Assembly (NCBI GenBank): GCA_050084985.1
Contig: JBITNC010000002.1
Span: 21,328,001 to 21,392,000 of the forward strand
Source of the DNA: Nageia nagi
Lineage: Eukaryota; Plantae; Pinophyta
Direction: 5' to 3'
Length of the DNA stretch: 64,000 nt
Part shown: positions 52,601-64,000 of the stretch, piece by piece
Position numbering within the stretch: position 1 is the stretch's first letter
Layout of the letters: each line of letters begins with the position of its first letter
Position numbers and translations under genes: made by a program
The notes under the pieces: generated by a model
The model's input: the letters and a program-made list of their open reading frames with translations, nothing else
Told to the model about the DNA's origin: nothing
The model's database searches: none

Positions 52601-54625
52601 TTGAAACCTTTCAATAGATGAAAAAAAAAAAACTCTGCAAATTTCTTGTGAGTAATTATTTTTTATACCTTATGTTATTGGTTTTAAAATAGGAGAGAAA
52701 GTATGGAGGGGATTTACTATAGGTGCAAATCCTTAGGACCAAAACCTTGATCTAGCACCTTAGACCAATGCCTATCCTATTCTTCTCCTATATGCTAAAG
52801 CATATCCTCCTTTTAATGCACTTTGTTCTCTCTTAATTGGTCACAATCCTCTCACATGCAATCTTCTTACACATAGTTCTATAAATTTTAGCCTCCACCC
52901 TGTATTCATTAGAAACCTATGTGCTAAAATCAATTGCTCATCCCTCTCCCTCTTACCTAGCCACTTGACCCCCTCCCTTGCAAGGTTTCTTTTTTATTAT
53001 TTTTTAAACCCTCTTTTTCTATGTTGGAAGTATAAGTAGCTATCTGCATTAACATTTTTTTATAAATTCTTGGTGGATGTCCATACATTTTTCTTTTCTT
53101 TCTCCATTAATGGGTGTCCTTATGGTGGGTGTCCATACTAGTTTATTTTTAAAGTATGCTTAATGAAAGCAATTTTTTATTTTTTTGACCATCATTATTT
53201 ATTAATTCAATCTAACTTGGAGTAAAGTGAGAATCAAAATTAAATGATGGCTTATTAATTATTTACCTTATTTACTTGGAGAAACTCATGAGATGGGTTG
53301 TAAGTTTTTTTTAAGGAGGAAGATACATTTTGGAGGTTTTTGTTTTTTCTCCTTAAAATTATTTCAAAGGCATTATAGAGGAATATTTATACAAGCAAAT
53401 TTTTTTTAAATGCCTTAATCAAATTGCAATTTACTTTGGTAAAAATTACTTAGAAAGAGTGATTTTAAGTAAAATGGGGAAAGGGGGAAAATCAAGTGAA
53501 TTAAAACTTGGTATTTTAAATTTCTTTCCTAAGTATTATTGAAGGGATCAAGTGATTTTAAGTAAAAAGGGGGAAATCATTTTATGAATTTTTTACTTAA
53601 TATTTTTAGATCCTTATGCAAATATTGCATGTCTGTTACTTAGATTTTAAGTGTTTACTTTGATAAAATCCTTATTCAAATATGTACTTGTGCAAATTAT
53701 GGAAATGATGCATGTTTATGCCTATCTAAGTATTTATCATTTTTGATAAATTCCTTATGCAAAGTTATGAATGGACTTATGCAAAATATGAACTTATATA
53801 AATATGTCCTTTAGGGGTTAGTAAACAAAACCCATTGGACTCTTAGGTTTCAAAGTTATTGATGGATTATGTATCAATTTTGTTATGCACTTTACTTTAT
53901 GTTTTGCATATATGATTTATTTATTTATGCAAAAATATTAAACATTGAATGTTCAAACCCTCTAAAATGAATACATATACATGTACATTCCATATCATGA
54001 CTTGTTTGGGGATCCACAAGGTGAGAAAAAGGCAAACTAAATCCTTTAGTTCGATGATGTTAATAGTCAAAAATCTATATGTTGGTTTGGACATAACTCC
54101 AATAGGTGGATAGGCATATGTGTAGTGATACCACATGTTCATATGTTCATTCAAGGATTATCCTAATAACTAAGAAGAAAAACTTGAAATCTAATCAAGA
54201 TTAATAATTTGGTCAATCCAACATATGTCATAACCTTCAAAAATAGTTAGTACTCCTCTTTGTGAGAGTATATTACTGACCAAGGTGAACTAGTTAAGGA
54301 TTGGTAGGACCTAGGCTCCACCTTGCAAGCATCTAGGTCAAGGCCTAATTTTAGATAAGAAAAAAAGCCTCAACATTATCCCTCTACATTTATGGTACTT
54401 GGTGATGTCAAAAGTGTTGGATACATGGGATGTATTATGAGTTCCTATTGTAAACATTTGCACATGTGAATTTTGTTTAACAAATCAAGAATGTCTTTTT
54501 ATAAAATTTAACATGGATGGTTGTTTTATTTAAACATGTATGGATGTTTAAAATTAACATATAAAGTTGGTTAATCTAGTCCACATGCTTACAAGGGTTA
54601 ACACTTTCACATTCTTGTGTAGCAA

Positions 54626-57600
54626 ATGGGATACAACTTCTTACCCAAGCACATTCTTAATGGTTCCAAATTTGGTATTTGAGAACCTTTGATGAAAGTT
54701 GAATTGTAGGTAAGAAATATTTAGTAAATGGTTAATGAGAATCTAGTTACTCCTATAGATGAGAAGGTACTTAAGGCATACAACATCAAGAATGAGTTGA
54801 AAATCTTCATGATTTTTTATGCAGTGTTAGATGAATTGCTCCTCATGATTTCATCATCAACTTCAATAAAAGAAGCTTGGGATAGGCTCAAATAAATTTA
54901 CCTTGGATCTAAATTTTCAAAAAAAATTACTATTCTCCAAAATTTTCTTTAATCTCATCAAGGGTAAGATGAAAATATTGCCATCTACTTGAATAAAATC
55001 ATTGACCTTAGGACCCAACTTGTTGCTTATGGATGCAATTGGATCAAAAATAAATTCATGATCTTCATCATTCTTCAAATATTTTTATTAAAATTTAATA
55101 AATTTGTGATAGTAATTGAGAATAGGCTTGATGATGAAGAAGAAATTTCTCTCTTGAGATTTTTTCAAGGCTCCTTCTGAAGCATTAGGAAACTCTTAAA
55201 AAAAGGTGTTGATCTTTTCTCCAAAGAAAAATAATTTTTCTCTAGGAGAAACCAAAAATTTTTTTAATAATAAATTCAATCATCAAAAGAAATATTATCC
55301 TTCTTCCAAAAAGTTTGAGAAAAGTAACAACAATAATAACAACTTTCACAAGAAAAGAGATGGAAAAGGCAAGGCAACCAAACCAAATCCCAAGGAAAAA
55401 TTTGATGGAAATTGTAACTTTTGTGGAATCTATGGTCACAAAGAATATGATTTCTAAAAAAAAATAGAGAAGAAAAAAAAAAGGGTAATGGAAATGTAAA
55501 GAAATTCAAAGGTAAGAAGATAAAAGTTGGATTTGTTGCTGGACTCTACTCTATGACTCACTCCTTTTTGATTGATTGGATTATTAACTTTAGATGCACT
55601 AATCACCTATGTTTTAAAAAATATAAGTATAGAAAATATGTAGTTATGATAGGTGATAATTCAATCCTTAAATATTAAGGGATTGAGAGTATTTTGATTC
55701 ACAAAAAAGTTCTTAAAATGTGCTCTATGTTTCTAAATTTAGAATGAATCTTCTCTCTATAATTCAAGCTACAAGGAAAGGATGCTCATTTCAATTCAAC
55801 TCATTCTTATGGTGCATTAAGAAGGGACTTTCCACTTTGGTTAAAGGATCAATGAAATATGATCTCTACATTATAAATCAAGTTCCAAGAAAGATGTGTC
55901 TTTCTATGAATGTTTATTCTAGGGGCAATCTTTGGTATCATTGTTTAGGGCACCTTAACCATAAAAGTATTCATGGCATAAAAAAAATATGGAAGGTTTT
56001 CCTTCAATTTCATCTTCAATTAGTTTTGTGAGAAGTGCATCTTAGGAAATATAAATAGATAAATGTTTGAAAAAGATAAGGTAATAAGAGCATCTCAATC
56101 TCTTTAGCTTATGCATTCAAATTTGATAGGTCTATTTCAAACCAAATCACTTAAAGGAGCATCTTATATCTTGAGCTTTATTAATGAATTTAGTAGGATG
56201 ATATTTGGTTATCTACTTGAGCACAAAGATCAAACCTTTGATAGCTTTAAAGATTTCAAAGCTTTAGTAAAAAATTAGACTAACCATAAAATCAAGATGC
56301 TAAGATCAGGTAATGGGAGATAGTATAATAGCAATGAATTTAATATTTTTATGCTAAGTACAAAATCAAGAGGCAATTTATGATTCTTTACACTCTTCAA
56401 TAGAATGATGTTGTCAAAAGAAAAAATAGGATAATTATGGATATGGTTATATGCATGTTGGGAAATCTTCCTAATTTCTTGTGGGGTGAAGTTGTGAGCA
56501 CTACAATTTACACCTTGATTAGGTGTTCCACAAAATTTATTGACGTTAAAACTCCTTTTGAGACATGGATAAGAATAAAACTTAATAATTCTCACCTTAG
56601 GGTATTTGGTTGTAAAGCATTCTTCTCTATTATTTCTAAGAAAAGGAAAAAGTTAGATAAAAGAGCTAAAAAATGCATCTTTATTGGTTATGTAGTCAGC
56701 ATAAAGGTTACAGGATCTACTCTTCATCCTACATAGTAGCATTTTTATCAAGAAATGTAAATTTCAATGAGTTTTCTAAAGAATCTACTTCTAATAATGA
56801 TGTTGATGATTCAAATGACTTATCAGTTACACCAAATTGGTTGGAGTTTGGTGTAAACAAGTCACCCTAAGAAAAAAATTCTCCAACACAAAGGATAATA
56901 AGAAGTATGACCTTGAACATATTTTTATTTACCAAAATTTATAATAAAAATGAGCCCTCATCATTTGAAGAATCTTCAAAGCATGAGTGCTGGATTGAAG
57001 CTATGAAAGTGGAGTATAAGGTGCTTATGAAAAATGAAACTTGGGACTTAGTTCCATATCCTAATGAAAAGAATATAATTGGCAATAAGTGGATCTATAA
57101 AATCAATTTCAAATCAATTGGAGATATTCAAAAATATAAGGTAAGGTTAGTAGCCAAAGGTTTTGCTCAAAAATATGGATTTGATTATGAGAAAACCTTT
57201 TTTTCATGAAAAAGATGCCCATTGTCATAATAATCCTTGCTCTTTTAATAGCTTAGGGATGGAACATTTTTCAACTTAACATCAAGAGTGCATTTCTCAA
57301 TGGTGAATTAGATGTAAAAATCTACATGATCAACTAGAAAGATTTATTGTGGAAGGAAAAGACTCATTTATGTGCAAGCTAAAGAAGTATTTGTATGGAA
57401 TTAAGCAAGCACCTAGAGCATAGTACAAGAAAATTTCAAGATACTTTATAGACATTAGATTCTCCAAGTGCTTCTTTGACTCTAATCTATATGTGCTTAA
57501 TCAAAGAAAATAAGTGGTCTTGATTCTCCTATGTGTGGATGATCTTCTAATAACTATAAATAATGATGAAATCATTCAAGAGTGTATATCCAAAATTAAG

Positions 57601-58485
57601 GTAACATTTGAAATGATTGATCTTGGTCTCTTGCACTAGTGTATTGGAATGCAAATGTACCAATATAAGAATTGTACTTATTTTAGTCAATCCAAGTATA
57701 TATTAGACATCTTACAAAAGTTTGGAATGGAGGAGGGTAGACATGTTATGATGTCAATCTATCTTGAAATCATTTTTTACCTTATCTCCAACTCTCAATT
57801 GGTAGATGCAATAGCTTACAGGTAATTAATTAGCAATCTTTTTTATTTGACTATTTCTAGGCTAGATATTACCTTTATAATGAATTTGATGGCACTATTC
57901 ATGTAGAAACTATATGTTGAGCACCTCAATGCTATTAAAAAAATCTTGAGGTGTGTTGCAAGGACAAAGTATGTTGCTCTCAAGTATTTTAAGTTTCCTT
58001 CATTTATTCTCTCAAAGTTCTTATATTTTAACTATGGGGGACATAGAGATGATAGGAAATCAATCTTTACATATGTATTTAGCATTGGTTCAAGTGCTAT
58101 CTCTTGGGATTCCAATAATCAAATTACTATTTCTCTTTCAACCATAGAATTCAAATACCAAGCCATGTTTATTGCAACCAAAAAAGCTATTTGGCTTAGG
58201 CATCTTCTAAAAGAAATTGGGTATGAGCAAGCTAGCCCATATCTAATTTCTTTACATAATTCATAAACTATTTCTTTGAATAGAATCTTATATTCCATAA
58301 AAAAATAAAACATGTAAAAATCCAAGCCTATTTCATTAGGTAAAAGGTTCTTGATGGCATCATACACTTGGAGTATTATCCATCAACCTTGAATTTTGCT
58401 AATTTGTTCACCAAGCCCCTTCCTAAAGCTTAGTTCAGTAAGTTTTAGGATGTTATAGGATTGGTGAAGTTACCCTCAAGGAGGA
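54626..58485 (+). pseudogene. Copia gag-pol, heavily decayed
   Basis: CNFCGIYGHKEYDF knuckle, LWYHCLGHLN, HLRVFGC, KLDKRAKKCIFIGY, KNETWDLVP..WIYK..YKVRLVAKGFAQKYGFDYE.TF and DDRKS...SAISW.S. Confidence 0.93.
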
Positions 58486-60114
58486 GTGAAGTTTGAATTC
58501 TTATATTGAATTCATATTTGTGATGAAAACTTCATCCCAAAGAAGATTTTTTATTATTTAGTGTTGATTTTGTTGTACACCTTCGTGGTAAGTTTGCTCT
58601 ATGTGAGGAACTTATTGTACAAATTTTTAGCATTTGATTGGCCATATTGTGCACTATTTAATTATCCATATATGAGAAACTTGTATGTGTCTTTTGGTAC
58701 TACTTAGTTATCCATGTGTAAGGAACTTGTATGTGCATTTTGTTATGCTCTATTTTGTAAATATAATCAACACGTATTTTATATACAATAAGTGACTATG
58801 ATTATTGGCTTGGCATCTTTGTGATGAATTATAGTGCATCATTGATCAATTTTTTAATGGCATTATTTGATTCATTTATCTAAGTAGATATTAATATGTA
58901 TATGTTATATCTAACTGATCTTATTATTGGAGCTTCTTATAGCTTGCAAGTTTCTTTTGAGATTGTAGGTTACTTCAAGTGTGCAAGCTCATGGAGACTC
59001 ATCATATCAAATTCCAAGTGGATAACAACTTTATGTACATTAAAACCAATTATGGTTAATGATTATATTGTAAACAATTTTTTAAAATGGTAAAGTAGTG
59101 AGTCTCAAACTAAGATCTTGCTTACTTCACAAAGATATAAAAAGTTATCATCTTTGATTGTATCTATATGGAGAAGAACTCTCTTACTCTCTCTTTCTTC
59201 TCTCTTCTTCACTCTGTCCCAATATTGCATTACAAGAGAGTGTTGGATTGTATAATGCATTATTGTAAGATTTTTTAATGTCCCTCTTTGTAATTTCATT
59301 AATACTTAAAAGTATTCTTATATACCTTAAGTATTTAATTAAATATTATAATGTAATTTGTCCTTCACTCCATCTCATGAGCATGCACCTTGGTTAAAAG
59401 GGTGAGGCATATCATGCCTTTGTACAATGGTTAAAAGGGTGATCCAAAGGGGGATTTTGGCCTATAAATAGAAAGCCCTCTCTTTGAGATTACTGACCAA
59501 AAATTGTGAAGAAAAGTTATGCTCTAATATTAGTGATTAGGAGATGAAGAAAGAGTTTTTGTAAGAAATTTGTATTTGTGAATGAAGAAAGATCTTAGAT
59601 AGTGGATGTACTCCTAGTTGGAGGAATCACTTTATATCTTGAGTCAATTTGTGAGATTGTTATGCTTATATTTTTGATGTTATAGTGAACTTACAAGTGA
59701 TCTTGGTATATTAGGATTGTATTTTTAAGGGTCAAAATCCTTAACAAATCACAACATTCAATTTGCAATAATCAAGTATACATATCTAGATATCCAATTC
59801 AAGTTTTATGGGTACTTTGGTAATCAAGTTAAAATATTCCTTAATATATCTTTCTTAAATCATAACATTTGATTTACAAGGGCCAATTAGACACATGCAC
59901 ACTCCTAATTCAAGTTTTATGGGTATTTTGGTTGTAAAGTTCAAAGCTCCGTTTAGATAGCCTACATGAACTACAACATTTGATTTACAAGCACAAAGAA
60001 GATACATGCACACACCCAATTCAAGGTTTATATATAGTTTGTAAATGAACTTCAAAGCTCCCTTAAGATAGCCTACATGGCTAAGAAGGTCAATAATGCA
60101 TGTATAATGATTAA

Positions 60115-60192
60115 TCCTATAGTTGCAAGATATGCACAAAATGAAATACTTGTAGAGACTTTTAAGAAGATGCAATTGTCAAGTGTAAAAAT
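60115..60192 (+). pseudogene. Short PPR-derived snippet
   Basis: IVARYAQNEILVETFKKMQLSSVK. TTGCAAGATATGCACAAAATG is identical to ~25726-25746. Confidence 0.7.
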
Positions 60193-60620
60193 GGCTACAT
60201 GATGAAATATTATACTTTAAGAAAGTATCATTTCATATCACATCATGCATATTGTGAAATAAATATCGATACTTGTGTATTGTTTCATATATTGCATACA
60301 TATCTATCAAGGCATTCATAACCATAATATTCAAGGCAAACCATTTTCAACTACTCTTTAATGGATGTCCATACCTTCTTCTAGAGCTCATATTTTACAT
60401 ACATGTTTATGGAACTTGAGTATTGTTTCACATTTTTCATACATGTCTATCCAAACATTCAAAACCATAATATTTAATTTACAAAGCATCGAGTAGACAT
60501 ATCCACACACCCAATTTAGGGTTTATGTTATTTTAGCACCCAATCTCAATCAAAGTGAGCCAAATTATGATGTTGTCCATGGGAAACCAAAAGATGGCCC
60601 AATGAAATTAACTAGTCATC

Positions 60621-60623
<3 letters not shown>

Positions 60624-60690
<67 letters not shown>
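60624..60690. repeat. (TA)~33 microsatellite
   Basis: Directly visible. Confidence 0.97.
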
Positions 60691-60693
<3 letters not shown>

Positions 60694-61639
60694 AATGATG
60701 AATGATAAAGGAATGCTCATAATCAAGTGTACCACATGATATAAAATTATCAAAATGCACCAATATATGATATCAAATGATGTAATTGTACCATATTGGT
60801 ATGAAATTATGCTATTGTACCATATGATATGAAATTATTCAAATATGATCTATAGTATTACTACCAAAACATTCAATTCACAAGCACCAAGTAGACACAT
60901 CCATACATCTAAGGAGTACTTTTTTAAAAATTGAAATGGAACATAAAATTGATAAACATGTATGTAAAATGTCAAAGATACATGATTCAAATATAGTTTC
61001 ATTGAAATGTACAAGATATATGATGCAGACATAGTTTCATATTATATGTCATAATTTATTTGTATAAAGGTTCTGATACAGACCATGAAATAAAGGAATC
61101 CATAACATGTTTCATTATTTTCATCTCATCATTTTGTATATATAACAAGATATCCACTTGGGAACCACATATTTTTTATATATTTGGCTAAGCATTCAGG
61201 CTAGACAAAGAAGGAGCCCATAGCATGTTCCATTATTTTTAGGAACTTGAAATGTTCTCATCATTTTTATTTTTTCAAGCTAAGGGATTAGAGGAGAGAT
61301 GTTTATTTAGATCATTCTATATCATACATATAGTGCACTTGATATTTGGTGTATTAGTGAGACCAGAGAGGTGAGGCTAGAATAGATGAGGGGAGATGTG
61401 GTAATATCAAAGGAGACAAGGTGAGATGAGAAGACACATGGTATAAAGTATTTTTCTTTATCTTATATGCCTATGTATATAGGGGAAAATAATTTCATGT
61501 CATATGGTAGAGTTACAATTACCTCATTATGTTGCAAACTCTACAATTTTAATCTATAGTTTAAGCATCTAGGTTGGTTGTATGGTAACATTATGAATAA
61601 TGTTGAAGCATAATGATGATATATCTTTTGAGAGCTTGT

Positions 61640-64000
61640 AAATGTAACTATCCTTGAATTTTCCAATTCATAATATTTTGTACAAGTTATCCAGGAGAAA
61701 ATACATCCAACCTTTATATCTTGTTATGCTTATTATAGAGGTAAGAAACATAGCATATCAAATAGGATAATGTATATAGAATTGTTAATAGATAGCATCA
61801 ATTAACAATTATGTTTGTATCATTATAAAACTTATCATAGTGGTTTTTTGAAAATTAAATGCATATATTCATGTCATTGTTGTTTATTATTTGCAAGTGC
61901 AAAGAGAGAATCAAGTATGTCATTTTTCATAACTCAAAATGCCTAGTAACTTTCCAAGTACTCAATGAATCATTATACATCATTATTATCTCATATTCAA
62001 GGATTGGCATAAACATAAAATATAACCTAAATTATTTTAATGAAGCATAGAAACATAAGCATAAAATATATTTATATTTATATATTGACTATTATAGCAT
62101 AAAACTATCTATACTTGTTCTTGTTTTTGTATCATTTACAAAAAAGATATCTAAAAGTATAAACTTATTCTCATTTTTTTGGATCATTTACAAAAAGATA
62201 TCCAATACATAAAATCCAATAATTCTCTTATCTTTTTAATTTCAACAAAGCCATAAGTTGATGTTAACTATCAAGTAACATTATACTAGTTATTGATGCA
62301 AAATGACTATGAGATCCCATCTTAGATGTTCTTCAAAGATCAGGGGAAAAATAGAGACTACCATATTTATCCTATTATTTTTATTCAAAAATTATTAGCA
62401 AGAAACACCACATGAGGTTACTGTAAGAAAAAAGGATAAAAACTAATTATGAGATAACATCCTAGTAAGCCCATTATCTTAAATTCTCTATCATGATAAC
62501 ATGCATATTGTTCTTGTCCATAAATTTTGAATTACATTACTTCAACCATATAATGGGAGAAATTCATGATGCCAAAAATATAATAAAAATGTTTACATGA
62601 GGTTAGCCATGCATAGATATACACACGTTAGATTTCAAAACTTAAATTAGCATCTTTAAAGTTACTCTAGGACTCTCAAAATTTAAAGAAATTCATTTCC
62701 ACAAAGTGATTCCAAATAAATTATACCATGAACCATTTACTCACCAGGTCTAACCCTAGAATTATAATTGATATAATAGTATATTGCTCACCATTTCCTA
62801 TGATAATTTGGCTTACAATCATAAAGAAAAGGGGAAAATAAGATAAGATCAAGCTCAAGAAAGGATTATACCCATTTTAAGGTGATTAATCAGTAAACCC
62901 TCTTTCAAAGAGGTAGAATCTAGCCATTATTACTAACAATGTTATTAGCATAAACCAAGAAATAACAAAATCCCAAACTTTTATAACATACCCACCCTAC
63001 ATTCAAGTTTCAAACAAGAAATTAAGGTATAGAAAGGTTGGACTTACCACTTTATAGGTGAAAAAGAGGTGAACTAAGTACTCATCAAAATGAAAGGCAA
63101 ACTCATTATAGAAGTGATGATGTGCCACTTTACCATGCTCCTAAAGCAATGACACCTCCTAGCTCCAACTTTGATAGTTCTCTTTCATTGTAAAGAAACC
63201 CTATTTATATTCCCTATCAATATGTTCCTTTTAAAGGATAAATGCATCATATAATTGATGCCCATTAGCTAAAACTTCATAATTTTGATATAGGATTCTC
63301 AAATGGACATGGTAAACACAATGAAGAATTGGTATAGATGGCAGCCTTAAATATTTGGAAGCACCTATAGCCATCATTAAACCTCATGCTATAAGATTAA
63401 AATACCATTCAAATCAATAATGTTAGAATGTGCTAAGGTACCTCAATGCCCTTTGTCATCCTACCCTCTCCTATCTTGTATTGCCAATGTAAGAAATTCC
63501 CCTCTCTCCAATCCCTCCCCCTCATCTCTCATTTGGTCACTTCTCTCCTCTCACATCTCGATGATAAACCAAATACCCTCTCTCATCCAACCTTTATACT
63601 CAAAAAAAATGAAATGAACCTCAAGTGCCCATGTGTGCCTTTTTTTATTTTTTCTTATTTTCACTAAGGGGCGATGAAGAAATATTATTGGGGGTGGATA
63701 AAAATTGTCCCAACAAAACCACCATTTAATCAAAAATAGAGGTGGTTAAAAATTATCGTAACAAAATTGGCTTAAAATGCATGTCCCCAAATCCCTTTTT
63801 CGGTCTAGTGTTAGATATTGTTGATGCATGAGAAGGAAGTTTATTATATTTATTTGATAGAATATTTTCATAAGCTTATGGGATTAAGAGGAAATATTGA
63901 GAACATTATTCTACTCTTTATTTTCAGTTGATGTAATATTTTCTTGATAAATAATTGATCAAAATGTGGTCAAAATGGACTACTTCCACATTGGAAGGAA
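61640..64000 (-). mobile_element. Possible further LTR-like fragment running off the window
   Basis: TGTAAC at ~61643, TATA-like CCTATTTATA at ~63200 and LTR-like composition. No partner or TSD is visible. Confidence 0.25.

Larger units (their letters stand above)
51642..59744 (+). mobile_element. Degenerate full-length Ty1/copia element (8.1 kb) with a long 5' leader
   Basis: LTRs 51642-52145 and 59241-59744 (TGTTGGATTGTATAATG...AAATCCTT(C/A)A). PBS TGGTATTAGAGC at 52148-52159, decayed PPT before 59241, TSD TAAAT/CAAAT. Confidence 0.92.
43420..61050. repeat. Modular ~0.9-1.9 kb tandem repeat (at least 4 units), interrupted by two LTR elements
   Basis: Unit head AGTGAG(C/T)C(A/T)AATTATGATG at ~43422, ~44676, ~50555 and ~60553. 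Each head is followed by a microsatellite, ~30 bp GCACCATATGATATAAAATTATCCAAAT sub-repeats and AAGCACCAAGTAGACA..CACACCCAATT.AGGGTTT motifs. Confidence 0.82.

Noticed and set aside
58478-58960. Separate nested copia ending at the PPT-like AAGGAGGAGTG
   Set aside because: No matching upstream LTR, PBS or TSD was found before gag, so it is treated as the 3' UTR of 51642-59744.

Overview
AT-rich, CpG/CHG-depleted plant heterochromatin with no intact host gene; the TE and PPR signatures look gymnosperm/conifer-like (inference). The window is a nest of LTR retrotransposons. (1) A decayed CRM-like Ty3/gypsy (1-1243, 21244-~21690) is split by (2) a ~20 kb minus-strand Ogre/Tat element (1244-21243). 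That element has gag, PR, G-patch, RT, RH, aRH and INT, an antisense Plant Mobile Domain ORF and two nested solo LTRs, one of which looks like a blended assembly consensus. (3) A 20.6 kb non-autonomous element (22375-42970, perfect TTAAA TSD, Met PBS, PPT) has two ~4.7 kb LTRs that each carry a captured PLS-class PPR gene fragment antisense to the element. A young solo LTR sits in one LTR and a full-length Tnt1-like copia (35068-40231) in the other. (4) A modular tandem repeat region (43.4-61 kb), also seeded with PPR snippets, is interrupted by a truncated PMD-bearing gypsy containing a related PPR-carrying solo LTR (47675-49514) and by an 8.1 kb copia (51642-59744). The best candidate for an undescribed system is a family of LTRs that embed and spread antisense PPR repeats. 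All alignments were done by eye, so identities and some boundaries are approximate.
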